Source of the DNA: Patescibacteria group bacterium
Lineage (GTDB): Bacteria; Patescibacteriota; Minisyncoccia; Minisyncoccales; JAHCRE01
DNA: 52,442 nucleotides
Assembly: GCA_020148055.1 (NCBI GenBank)
Contig: JAHCRF010000003.1
Location: forward strand, 1 to 52,442
Direction: 5' to 3'
Part shown: piece after piece, positions 1-8,312 of the stretch
Position numbering within the stretch: position 1 is the stretch's first letter
How the letters are laid out: every line of letters begins with the position of its first letter
Notes under the pieces: model-generated
Told to the model about the DNA's origin: nothing
The model's database searches: none
The model's input: only the letters and a program-made list of their open reading frames with translations
Program-made: the position numbers and the translations under genes

Positions 1-280
1 CAGCAATCCCAAAAATCCACATTAAAAAATTCAATACTCCCAAATCAATAAAGGTGTTTAAGGCTCCGACTAAAAGAAATCTGGCTGCCTGTAATATAAA
101 TAGGAACTTTTTTCCAAGGAGCGAGGCAATAAACATCCCCAAGAGAGTCAGGGGAGGAAAAATGATGATAAGTAACCAACTGTAAGGAACCTCAATCTTA
201 ATGATTTTTAATCCAATAAAGAAAAAAATCCCGATAAAAAAGCCAATTATGAAACTAATGAGGGCATCTGATTTTTTCAT
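1..280 (-). CDS. GtrA-like membrane protein, N-terminal part (C-terminus runs off the window start)
   Basis: Manual minus-strand translation from ATG 280-278, open to position 2: MKKSDALISFIIGFFIGIFFFIGLKIIKIEVPYSWLLIIIFPPLTLLGMFIASLLGKKFLFILQAARFLLVGALNTFIDLGVLNFLMWIFGIA. Hydrophobic helices plus an RFxxVGxxNTxIDxGxLN pattern typical of the GtrA family. Confidence 0.55.
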   Translation of the reverse strand, partial: MKKSDALISFIIGFFIGIFFFIGLKIIKIEVPYSWLLIIIFPPLTLLGMFIASLLGKKFLFILQAARFLLVGALNTFIDLGVLNFLMWIFGIA

Positions 281-353
281 AACTTAATTTATGTTAACAA
301 AAGGCAGTTGGTTTGACAAGCTTTTCCAATAAAAAAAGAGGGGTGTTGGAGGT

Positions 354-1691
354 TTAGTTTTTGAAAAGACTATTTCTATTTTGTTTGCGTTTCCAGGCGC
401 AGCGTCCAAGTCTCCAGGGATAAAACGGACATCTTTCTTGAAGACACTCATCAGATCTTTTGCACTCATCTGGAAAATATCCGGTATCAGCGCTTATTAG
501 GACAATTTTTCGTACTAATTCTCTGGAAATATCCATTGGTCTTACTGCAGGTGTTGTTAATGATCCCCACATAATTACTTCAAAGTCCCCCTTATGATAG
601 TAGAGTGGCTCTGTTCCTGAGAGACTTCCATCTTTTTTAAGCTCTCGCCAGTCAGGCGGTATCCATTCCCTCCTAGCTCTAAGGATTTCAACTCGAAGGG
701 CACCAGCTATATCGTGAAGTTTGAACCGACTTCTATTTGGGAAGATTTGAAAGCCCCTGTTTTCGGATTGAAACTGAACAACAATCGGATCTTCCTTTGC
801 GTTTAAGGGTCGCGGCATTTTTTCTTTTGCGATTGTGCTTCTACAGAATTGATTGAACTTGGGATTACTACTTTCTCCAATGACGATTACTCTATTGCCC
901 ACTAGAATTTTTTCCGCTCTCTCAAAGTCTTTCTCGGCTTTCCAGAAAGTTCTCTGGCTCTCTTCAATACTTTGAAGCCCCATTAATAGCCATTCTTCTG
1001 TTTTCTTCGGTCCAAAGAAAGCAAGATTAGCAGCTGTTCGATAGGCTATCCCCATTCTATCTTCAAGAGTTTTTTCTCCTCGTTGAAGCCATCGTTCAAA
1101 TATTGCTTTTGATTTCGATGCGGCCTTGTGTTTGGCAAGAAGATTCTCAACGATTGTACTGAAGAAGCTCCATCCTTTCTGAAGATCTTCCGGATCAAGT
1201 CTCTCTGGTGTTCCGAAATGTGCCTCGACAGTCATTCCAAACCAGTCTAATATTTCCTCATCGCTGTAACAAAGATGCATATGTTTGCTGACATTAGCAA
1301 TATTTGTTGAGTCACCGCCGGTTTTGAAATCTCCTCTGTCAGCCCATTGAGTTAACTCCAGATTCTTATCATCAGACAATCCCAAGAATTTATCAATTAA
1401 ACTGCTTGATGTCTCGCCCAGCCATTCACTGTGAGGATGATGGTCAAAGACAAATACTTTGTTTTTGGGATCTGCTTTCACTCCATTTGGACGAATATCC
1501 ACGAAGACTACATTTTCTTTTGGGAAATGGTCTAGTTCACCGCCCCAAAAGACAGTTTTTGCATTTTCTACCCCTGGAATTTTGTCAGCACCTTGTCTTT
1601 TGAGTTTCAGGATCCCAATATATCCATCGGCATCTGCCCATGTATGAGTCACAATATCCAATCTTTTTCCCTCCCGCAGAGAAAAAACCAT
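354..1691 (-). CDS. Hypothetical protein with an N-terminal DHH-type phosphoesterase domain and a Cys-rich C-terminus
   Basis: 445-aa ORF with ATG start. DHH-family motifs in order: HTWADADG (DxD), VVFVDIRP, FVFDHHPH (DHH). No DHHA1 GGGH motif seen. C-terminal CKRSDECLQERCPFYPWRLGRC. Confidence 0.6.
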   Translation of the reverse strand: MVFSLREGKRLDIVTHTWADADGYIGILKLKRQGADKIPGVENAKTVFWGGELDHFPKENVVFVDIRPNGVKADPKNKVFVFDHHPHSEWLGETSSSLIDKFLGLSDDKNLELTQWADRGDFKTGGDSTNIANVSKHMHLCYSDEEILDWFGMTVEAHFGTPERLDPEDLQKGWSFFSTIVENLLAKHKAASKSKAIFERWLQRGEKTLEDRMGIAYRTAANLAFFGPKKTEEWLLMGLQSIEESQRTFWKAEKDFERAEKILVGNRVIVIGESSNPKFNQFCRSTIAKEKMPRPLNAKEDPIVVQFQSENRGFQIFPNRSRFKLHDIAGALRVEILRARREWIPPDWRELKKDGSLSGTEPLYYHKGDFEVIMWGSLTTPAVRPMDISRELVRKIVLISADTGYFPDECKRSDECLQERCPFYPWRLGRCAWKRKQNRNSLFKN

Positions 1692-1717
1692 TTTTTATGA
1701 CTTCCTCTCTGCGGGAG
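1671..1717 (-). promoter_or_regulatory. 12-bp inverted repeat enclosing the SD and start codon of the 354..1691 gene
   Basis: ctcccgcagaga (1671-1682) is the perfect reverse complement of tctctgcgggag (1706-1717). In the minus-strand mRNA the 23-nt loop holds GGAAG and the ATG (1691-1689). Confidence 0.4.
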
Positions 1718-1779
1718 CGAATTTCCCCTCTATATTAAATTATTTGAATTTTTAAAGAACTACTTTATTTTACATCCTT

Positions 1780-1807
1780 ATTATAGCAAATTTATATTTT
1801 TTGTCAA
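1780..1807 (-). promoter_or_regulatory. Sigma70-type promoter for the 354..1691 gene
   Basis: Minus strand reads TTGACA (1807-1802), 16-nt spacer, TATAAT (1785-1780). The -35 is embedded in TTGGGCTTGACAAA, which recurs at 6934-6947. Confidence 0.55.
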
Positions 1808-1822
1808 GCCCAAGATGAGGGT

Positions 1823-1850
1823 TTGTAGTAAAAAACAAAAATAGTATAAT
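1823..1850 (+). promoter_or_regulatory. Candidate cysS promoter giving a near-leaderless mRNA
   Basis: TTGTAG (1823-1828), 16-nt spacer, TATAAT (1845-1850). The cysS ATG starts 9 nt after the -10 and there is no SD. Confidence 0.4.
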
Positions 1851-1859
1851 AATATAATT

Positions 1860-3257
1860 ATGTTAAAACTTTACAATACTCTATCTCGAAAAAAAGAATT
1901 TTTTCGACCGAGAGAAAAAAAGAAGGTAAGTATGTATGTATGTGGGCCAACTGTTTATGGCCCGGGTCATGTTGGACATGCTAGAACTTATATCGCTTTC
2001 GATGTCATTAGAAGATATCTTGAATATAAAGGTTTCAAGGTAAGGTATGTAATAAATATTACTGACATCCATGATGATGTAATTAAAGCCCTGAAACAAG
2101 AGAAACTATCCCTCTTGGCTTTAACCAAAAAATATATAAAGATGTTCTTGAAGGAGCAGGGGCTTCTCGGAATTAAAAAGGCAAATTATTACCCCCAGGT
2201 GACAAAACATATTAAAGAAATAATAGATTTTATCAAGATATTAATTAAAAAACGTTTTGCCTATCAGCAGAATGGCTCGGTTTATTTTGACGTTTCTAAA
2301 TTCAAAGATTATGGTAAGCTTTCTAGGATAAAAATTGAAAAAGCATTATCAGGCACTCGAATAGAAATCGATAAATATGAAAAAAAAGAAGCTGTTGATT
2401 TTACCTTATGGAAAGAAAGAAAGCCAAGAGAACCTAGTTGGCCTAGCCCCTGGGGTAGAGGGCGTCCCGGATGGCATATTGAATGTTCAGTAATGTCTCA
2501 AAAATATTTGGGAAAACAAATTGATATCCATGGTGGTGCCAAAGATCTTATTTTTCCTCACCATGAAAACGAAATTGCCCAATCGGAAGCAGCAACTGGT
2601 AAAAAGCCTTTTGTAAAATATTGGCTTCACGGAGGACTTTTAACAGTCAACAACCAAAAGATGTCAAAAAGTCTGGGAAATTATATTGAGATTCCTCAAG
2701 CGCTTAAAGAATATTCTCCTCGACTGGTTCGATTTTTTATAATTAGTTCTCATTATCGTTCTCCTCTTGATTTTAATAAGCGAGCAATTAGACAAGTAAA
2801 AAAAGGTCTCCAGCGACTTGATGAATTTATAGATAAATTAAAAAATCTAAAAAATAAAAAAAATAAAAAGATTTATAAAAAATTAATACTGACAACAAAA
2901 AAAGAATTTGGGCGTTATATGGACGATGATTTCAATACTCCAAGAGCTTTAGCTTCAATCTTTAAATTGATTAATCGCGGTAATCTGCTTTTGAGCCAAA
3001 ATAAATTAGCATCTCAAGATGCCAAGGATATTTTAAAGTTTTTAAAAGAAATCGATCAAGTATTTAATTTTATATTCTGGCAAAGACCAGAAAAAGAAAA
3101 ATCCCCAAAAGAGATTTTGAAATTAGCTAAGGAACGAGAAAAATATCGTCAAGAAAAGAAATGGAAGAAAGCCGATGAAATAAGAAGAGAAATCAAGAAA
3201 ATGGGCTGGCAGATTGAAGACACCAAAAAAGGACCGAAAATAAAGAAACTATCTTAG
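1860..3257 (+). CDS. cysS: Cysteine--tRNA ligase
   Basis: 465 aa. Class I HIGH-type motif (GPGHVGHARTY), KMSKS motif, CGPTVYG N-terminus and the WHIECS zinc site typical of CysRS. Confidence 0.95.
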   Translation: MLKLYNTLSRKKEFFRPREKKKVSMYVCGPTVYGPGHVGHARTYIAFDVIRRYLEYKGFKVRYVINITDIHDDVIKALKQEKLSLLALTKKYIKMFLKEQGLLGIKKANYYPQVTKHIKEIIDFIKILIKKRFAYQQNGSVYFDVSKFKDYGKLSRIKIEKALSGTRIEIDKYEKKEAVDFTLWKERKPREPSWPSPWGRGRPGWHIECSVMSQKYLGKQIDIHGGAKDLIFPHHENEIAQSEAATGKKPFVKYWLHGGLLTVNNQKMSKSLGNYIEIPQALKEYSPRLVRFFIISSHYRSPLDFNKRAIRQVKKGLQRLDEFIDKLKNLKNKKNKKIYKKLILTTKKEFGRYMDDDFNTPRALASIFKLINRGNLLLSQNKLASQDAKDILKFLKEIDQVFNFIFWQRPEKEKSPKEILKLAKEREKYRQEKKWKKADEIRREIKKMGWQIEDTKKGPKIKKLS

Positions 3258-4460
3258 CCAATCTAAAATGTCTTTGTTGGCCACTTTCTCGAATATTTCT
3301 TCAACAGAAAAACTTTTTTTTTGCCTTTTTTCTTTTTGCTTTTGACAAACTTGATAAAAATCTAAGACCCGGTCAGTCACTCTACTCCAGGAATATTTTC
3401 TGGCTTCTTTTCGACCCCACTTTCCCATTTCTTTTCTCAAATTTCCATTTTTAATTAAAATTTCTAATTTTTTAGCCAAATCTTTATAATTTTTAGGCCT
3501 GGCTAAAAATTTCTCATTTCTCTTCCCTTTTAAAAGTGCTTTATAACCTCGATTGGCAAAGGCTACTACTGGCAATTCGCAGGCCATTCCCTCAAGCAAA
3601 ACTATTCCAAAGCTTTCTCCGTAAATAGAAGGAGCGCAAAAAATATCAGAGCTCGTAAAATAAGAAACGAGCTCTTTTCCAATTTTTTCCCCCTCAAAAT
3701 AAACTTCTTTTAAATTGCGATTTTTAATGAAAGCTTGACACTCAGTTTTTAGCTCCCCTTCCCCAATAATAATTAATCTCAAATTGGGAAATTTTTTAGT
3801 TAAAATTTGATAAGCCCGAAGTAAATAAATCAAACCTTTTCTTTCTTCGATTCTACCAACAAATAGGATGTTAATTTTCTCATCAGAAAATTTTTTAATT
3901 TTTGGAGTTCGAGGATTAAATCTTTTAAGATCTACGCCGTTGGGAATAACGGTTTTTGGTAGATTGCATTTTTTAAAAACATTGAGAGCTATAGGAGAAA
4001 CGCCTATTATTCCATCAATTTTCCATTGAACAATTTTATCCAGAATATAGAGAAAAATAGGAAACTCTTTCAAAAATTCACTCCTACCAACATCAGAATG
4101 AAAAGTCAAAATATTTAAAGCTTTGGATCTCTCTAAAATCTGAAAAGAAGAGGGAAAACCAAAGTTATGAAAATGTAAAATATCGAATTTTTCTTTTTTA
4201 AATGTGTTTTCAATTGCTAAAGGATTAAAATTTACAGAAAAATCCGATCTACCCCCACCAAAAGGAAGAGAAAAAGAAGTACCCAACAAGATTACCTCTT
4301 TTCCATAATTTTCTTCAGTCTGGCTTCTGGGGACGATAATCTTTAATTGATAACCTCTCTTTTTAAATTCTTTACGCAATCCTAAAACATGAGTCCTTAC
4401 CCCTCCTGGTTTTAAAAAAGAATGTAAAGAAATTAAACCGATTTTTGGAAGTTTTCCCAT
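3249..4460 (-). CDS. Glycosyltransferase, GT4 family
   Basis: The ORF track starts at a TTG (4550) that would overlap dnaB. The first ATG is at 4460 (MGKLPKIGLISLHSF). ESFGIVLLEGMACELPVV (E-x7-E) motif and GT-B fold pattern. Confidence 0.85.
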   Translation of the reverse strand: MGKLPKIGLISLHSFLKPGGVRTHVLGLRKEFKKRGYQLKIIVPRSQTEENYGKEVILLGTSFSLPFGGGRSDFSVNFNPLAIENTFKKEKFDILHFHNFGFPSSFQILERSKALNILTFHSDVGRSEFLKEFPIFLYILDKIVQWKIDGIIGVSPIALNVFKKCNLPKTVIPNGVDLKRFNPRTPKIKKFSDEKINILFVGRIEERKGLIYLLRAYQILTKKFPNLRLIIIGEGELKTECQAFIKNRNLKEVYFEGEKIGKELVSYFTSSDIFCAPSIYGESFGIVLLEGMACELPVVAFANRGYKALLKGKRNEKFLARPKNYKDLAKKLEILIKNGNLRKEMGKWGRKEARKYSWSRVTDRVLDFYQVCQKQKEKRQKKSFSVEEIFEKVANKDILDWLR

Positions 4461-4539
4461 ATTTGCCAAACTAATTTGCCTTTGGTATATTGTAATTGAA
4501 AACCTAAATTGTATCAATAAAACTTCTTTATTCTTTATT

Positions 4540-5898
4540 ATGAATAACAATTCTCAGTTACCAGAAAAATTACCTCCCCAATCAATTGAAGCTGAGAGAT
4601 CGTTGCTTGGCTGTTTGATGCTTGATAAAGATGCAATTTTAAAGGTTGTTGATTTTTTCAAACCCAAAGATTTATATAAAAGAATCCATCAGGAAATCTA
4701 CACGGTTATGATTGATCTTTTTGAAAGGAAAGAGCCAATTGACTTTCTTTCTGTTTCCAATCGCCTCAAAGAAAAAAATTTGTTAGAGGAAATTGGAGGA
4801 GCAAGTTTTCTGACCGAATTAATAAATTCTGTTCCTACAGCTTCCCATGTTTCAAATTATGCCCGAATTGTTCAGAGAAAAAGAATTTTAAGAGATTTGA
4901 TTGATGCCTCACACGAAATCGGTGCCTTGGGCTACAACGAGTCAGAAGACGTTGATATTTTATTAGATAAAGCAGAAAAAAGGATTTTTGGTATTGCCCA
5001 AAAAAGTTTAACTCAAAATTTCGTACCGGTGAAAGCAACCTTAGAGGAAGCCTTTGAAAGAATCGATAATTTATCAAAACGCAAAGGGCTTCCCCGAGGT
5101 TTACCTACCGGTTTTTCCGGTTTAGATAATATTTTAGCTGGCCTTCAGAAATCTGATTTAATAATTTTAGCATCAAGACCAACTTTGGGTAAGAGTAGCT
5201 TAGCCCTGAATATTGCTGCCAATATTGCCATCAATGGAAAACTGCCAGTTGGTATATTTAGCTTAGAGATGTCAAGAGATCAGGTGGTTGATAGATTAAT
5301 TGCTGCCCAGGCCGGTGTTGATTTGTGGAGATTAAGAACAGGAAGACTCTCTGGTGATGGAGAAGATAATGATTTTGTGAGAATTCAACAGGCTCTGGGA
5401 ATCTTAGCTGAGGCACCAATTTTTATTGACGATGCTGCTTCTTCAAATATTTTACAGATGAGGGCAATGGCTCGGAGACTACAGGCAGAACATGGTTTAG
5501 GACTAATCATTGTTGATTATTTACAATTAATGGACCCGAGAAACCCAAAAGACCCGATTGTCCGACAGATAACTGAGATTTCCAAATCTCTTAAAGCCTT
5601 AGCCAGAGAACTTAATATTCCGGTTTTGGCTTTATCTCAATTATCTCGAGCAGTTGAACAAAGATCTCCTCAAATTCCCAGATTAGCCGATTTAAGAGAA
5701 TCAGGGTCTTTAGAACAAGATGCGGACGTTGTCTTGTTTATTTATCGAGAAGATAGATACAAACCCAATAGCACTCGAAAAAATATTGCCGATATAATCA
5801 TTGCTAAACATCGAAATGGTCCGGTTGGAAGAGTTGAATTATATTTCGATGAAAGGATAGTAAGCTTCAAGAATCTGGAAAAAGAGCTCCAAGAATAA
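4540..5898 (+). CDS. dnaB: Replicative DNA helicase DnaB
   Basis: 452 aa. N-terminal PPQSIEAERSLLGC, Walker A SRPTLGKSS, Walker B IIVDYLQL and SQLSR motifs. Confidence 0.95.
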   Translation: MNNNSQLPEKLPPQSIEAERSLLGCLMLDKDAILKVVDFFKPKDLYKRIHQEIYTVMIDLFERKEPIDFLSVSNRLKEKNLLEEIGGASFLTELINSVPTASHVSNYARIVQRKRILRDLIDASHEIGALGYNESEDVDILLDKAEKRIFGIAQKSLTQNFVPVKATLEEAFERIDNLSKRKGLPRGLPTGFSGLDNILAGLQKSDLIILASRPTLGKSSLALNIAANIAINGKLPVGIFSLEMSRDQVVDRLIAAQAGVDLWRLRTGRLSGDGEDNDFVRIQQALGILAEAPIFIDDAASSNILQMRAMARRLQAEHGLGLIIVDYLQLMDPRNPKDPIVRQITEISKSLKALARELNIPVLALSQLSRAVEQRSPQIPRLADLRESGSLEQDADVVLFIYREDRYKPNSTRKNIADIIIAKHRNGPVGRVELYFDERIVSFKNLEKELQE

Positions 5899-5899
5899 A

Positions 5900-6517
5900 A
5901 TGTATCCGAGGTCTATTCAAAAACTTATTGACATATTTTCTAAATTTCCGACTGTTGGGCCAAGAACAGCTACCCGGTTTGTTTTTTATTTAATGAAAAC
6001 CAAAAAAGAAGAAATTGAGGATTTAATTAAATCGATAACTAACCTAAAAGAAAAAGTCAAAATTTGTTCTTTTTGCTTTAATTCTTTTGAAGGTGGAAAT
6101 AATCTTTGCAAAATCTGTTCTGATCCCTCAAGAAATAAAACTTTACTCTGTATTATTGAAAAAGAAACTGATTTCATTTCAATTGAAAAGACAAAAAAAT
6201 ACAAAGGTCTTTATTTTATTTTGGGCGGAACAGTTTCAAAATTAAAAAAACAAGATTTAGAAAAACTCAAAATTAAAGAACTAACTGAAAGAATCAAAAA
6301 ACCAGAAAAATTTGGTATTCCCGATACTAAATTTACAGAAATTATCATTGCTACCAATCCCACCACTGAAGGTGAAGCTACAGCTTTGTATCTGGAAAGA
6401 ATTTTAAGACCCTTAAATAAAAAAATTACCCGGCTTGGCCGGGGATTACCAGTAGGTGCTGAATTAGAATATACTGATAAAGAAACCTTAGGAAGCGCCT
6501 TAGAAGGAAGAAAATAG
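5900..6517 (+). CDS. recR: Recombination protein RecR
   Basis: 205 aa. HhH N-terminus (FPTVGPRTATRF), C4 zinc finger (CSFC...CKIC) and a Toprim domain. Confidence 0.95.
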   Translation: MYPRSIQKLIDIFSKFPTVGPRTATRFVFYLMKTKKEEIEDLIKSITNLKEKVKICSFCFNSFEGGNNLCKICSDPSRNKTLLCIIEKETDFISIEKTKKYKGLYFILGGTVSKLKKQDLEKLKIKELTERIKKPEKFGIPDTKFTEIIIATNPTTEGEATALYLERILRPLNKKITRLGRGLPVGAELEYTDKETLGSALEGRK

Positions 6518-6546
6518 AAGAAAATTAGTAAATCAGGGAATTTCAA

Positions 6547-6572
6547 AACAGCCTTTGGGCTGTTTTATTTTT
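6547..6572. terminator. Intrinsic terminator hairpin shared by convergent recR and the small minus-strand ORF
   Basis: aacagcc (6547-6553) / ggctgtt (6558-6564), loop tttg, followed by ttattttt and preceded by aaaa. Confidence 0.6.
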
Positions 6573-6663
6573 GAGAATTTCTTCCTTTTTCTAATTGATA
6601 AATATTTTATCCGCTAGAAAAAAGAGGGAGAAGGAAGGATTTATTATTGATAAACAGCGGAAG

Positions 6664-6777
6664 TCATTTTCTTTTCTTTCGGCGTCTTTTTTCCCAACGC
6701 TTTAATAGTCTCGCTTCTTCTTTTTTGAGAGGAATTTGCCAGATTTTCCCCTGGTCATTATATTGTGCTACAGCCAT
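6664..6777 (-). CDS. Small (37 aa) highly basic protein, function unknown
   Basis: ATG at 6777 is preceded by a perfect AGGAGG (6790-6785) with a 7-nt spacer. Translation: MAVAQYNDQGKIWQIPLKKEEARLLKRWEKRRRKKRK. The longer 71-aa reading from 6879 has no SD and covers a GC-rich hairpin. Confidence 0.45.
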   Translation of the reverse strand: MAVAQYNDQGKIWQIPLKKEEARLLKRWEKRRRKKRK

Positions 6778-6806
6778 GTATTTTCCTCCTTTTTTGATCT
6801 TTCTTT

Positions 6807-6856
6807 GGACGAGCGAGCTATCTGTCAAGAGGGGCTGATAGACACTTCGCTCGCCC
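6807..6856 (-). promoter_or_regulatory. GC-rich imperfect long hairpin in the leader of the small basic ORF
   Basis: ggacgagcgagctatctgtca (6807-6827) pairs imperfectly with ctgatagacacttcgctcgccc (6835-6856). It lies between the promoter at 6915-6942 and the SD at 6785-6790. Confidence 0.35.
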
Positions 6857-6914
6857 AGAGTTTCCCTTTCCTTCTCCATAATTTTTTAAGGAGCTATTTT
6901 GATCTTGCGTCTCT

Positions 6915-6942
6915 ATTATACACCCAATAAAAAATTTGTCAA
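6915..6942 (-). promoter_or_regulatory. Strong sigma70-type promoter (extended -10)
   Basis: Minus strand reads TTGACA (6942-6937), 16-nt spacer ending in TG, TATAAT (6920-6915), within TTGGGCTTGACAAA. Confidence 0.55.
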
Positions 6943-6988
6943 GCCCAAACGGGTCATGACAAATTGAAAAAATGCTCAATACCTAATA

Positions 6989-7306
6989 CTAACTACCAGA
7001 TACGATTTTTGTTATTTCGACTTCAGTAAACAACTGGCGGTGGCCCTTTTTTACTTTATAACGGGTCTTTGGTTTATATTTAAAAACGATTATTTTTTTG
7101 CCTTTGCCGTGCGATACCACCTTTCCAATAACTTTTGCTCCTTTTACTAAAGGAGTTCCAATTTCTAATTTTTTTTGCTTTTCTAAAAGCAGAACCTCCT
7201 TAAAGGTTATTTCTTTTCCTTCTTTGACATCAATTTTCTCAATTTTTATTTTTTGTCCTGGCGAGACTAAATACTGTTTCCCGCCAGTTCGAATTACTGC
7301 CAACAT
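6989..7306 (-). CDS. rplU: 50S ribosomal protein L21
   Basis: From ATG 7306: MLAVIRTGGKQYLVSPGQKIKIEKI, the classic bL21 N-terminus. The longer ORF start at 7330 would overlap rmuC. Confidence 0.9.
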   Translation of the reverse strand: MLAVIRTGGKQYLVSPGQKIKIEKIDVKEGKEITFKEVLLLEKQKKLEIGTPLVKGAKVIGKVVSHGKGKKIIVFKYKPKTRYKVKKGHRQLFTEVEITKIVSGS

Positions 7307-7307
7307 G

Positions 7308-8252
7308 TTATTCTTCTTTTGGTTCCTCAATTTCCTTTGGTTTTTTTTCAGGTTCTAACAATCTTAAGCCATCGATTCGGCTTACTAGTCTTCCATACCT
7401 CGATTGGACTCTATCTGAAGCCGATTTAGCATGCCCAATATGAGAAGTTAAAGTGTCTAATTCTTTTCCGAACCTCATCGATTCTTGCTGAATACCTTTT
7501 AATCCTTCCAAAATTTTCTTTGAAGCTTCCTCGATTCTCGATCCTTCTAAACCTATCATTATTATTTTCAAAAAGTAATAAAAGGTATTTGGAGAGACCA
7601 CAATGACTTTTTTGCGATGGGCATATTCTGAAAGCTCGGGATTCGAAGTGACTTTAGAAAAAACTGATTCAATAGGAATATACATTATAGCATAATCTAA
7701 GGTACCTTCTTGAGGTAAAATATATTTCCGAGAAATATCGTCGATGTGCCTTTTGATATCCTTCACGAACTCCTTTAAATAAGATTCTTTTTCTTTGCCT
7801 TTAGCTTTGACATATTTTTGAAAATTTTCCATTGGAAATTTTGAATCAATCGGGATCAATCCTTGTTTTGTTTTTATAATAGCATCTACAATTTCTCCTG
7901 CTCGAAATCGGTATGGACACTGAAAATTGCTATTTGGTAAAACCTGTTCTAATAAATCTTTTAGCACTTGTTCCCCTATTCCACCTCTTAATTTAGGGGA
8001 ACGTAAAGAAGTTTGAAAATCTCTCAGAGTACGACCAATTTCCTGAACTTCTCCTAATTCTTTAGCTATTTCTCGATAGCCATTTTCAAACTTTTTTCCC
8101 ATTACTTCAATGTCTCGTTTCACCATACTCAAAGCTAAATCTTCTTTTCTTTCTCGTATTTTTTCTAATTCTCTCTTAATGAAAAAAATAGAAGCTGCTA
8201 CTCCTCCAACTACAATGGAAACTATTATTAAAATAAACAGAATCTCATTCAT
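7308..8252 (-). CDS. rmuC: DNA recombination protein RmuC
   Basis: 314 aa. N-terminal TM helix, a coiled-coil segment, and an RmuC nuclease-like core (DAIIKTKQGLIPIDSKFPMENF; VVSPNTFY). Confidence 0.85.
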   Translation of the reverse strand: MNEILFILIIVSIVVGGVAASIFFIKRELEKIRERKEDLALSMVKRDIEVMGKKFENGYREIAKELGEVQEIGRTLRDFQTSLRSPKLRGGIGEQVLKDLLEQVLPNSNFQCPYRFRAGEIVDAIIKTKQGLIPIDSKFPMENFQKYVKAKGKEKESYLKEFVKDIKRHIDDISRKYILPQEGTLDYAIMYIPIESVFSKVTSNPELSEYAHRKKVIVVSPNTFYYFLKIIMIGLEGSRIEEASKKILEGLKGIQQESMRFGKELDTLTSHIGHAKSASDRVQSRYGRLVSRIDGLRLLEPEKKPKEIEEPKEE

Positions 8253-8312
8253 TAATTAAAATTACCATTATCTAGTTAAAATTTCAACCATAATACGAGA
8301 AGTGTTCTCGGA

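Noticed and set aside
284-469. A 61-aa minus-strand ORF.
   Set aside because: It overlaps the 3' end of the 445-aa gene in another frame and has no SD or family resemblance.
3249-4550. Long N-terminal extensions given by the ORF track for several genes (starts at 4550, 7330, 22388, 22770, 37240, 42478, 46180, 46733, 47237 and 47824).
   Set aside because: Seven of these (4550, 22388, 22770, 42478, 46180, 46733, 47237) were confirmed as TTG or GTG codons. Some of the extensions overlap neighbouring genes or repeats. In each case an in-frame ATG further in gives the conserved family N-terminus, so the shorter coordinates were used.
6664-6879. The small ORF after rplU as ribosomal protein L27 (the usual neighbour), or the 71-aa reading as the real gene.
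   Set aside because: The peptide has no L27 signature (no AHKK-GGS-NGRDS start). The 71-aa start lacks an SD and spans a GC-rich hairpin, whereas the internal ATG has a perfect AGGAGG.
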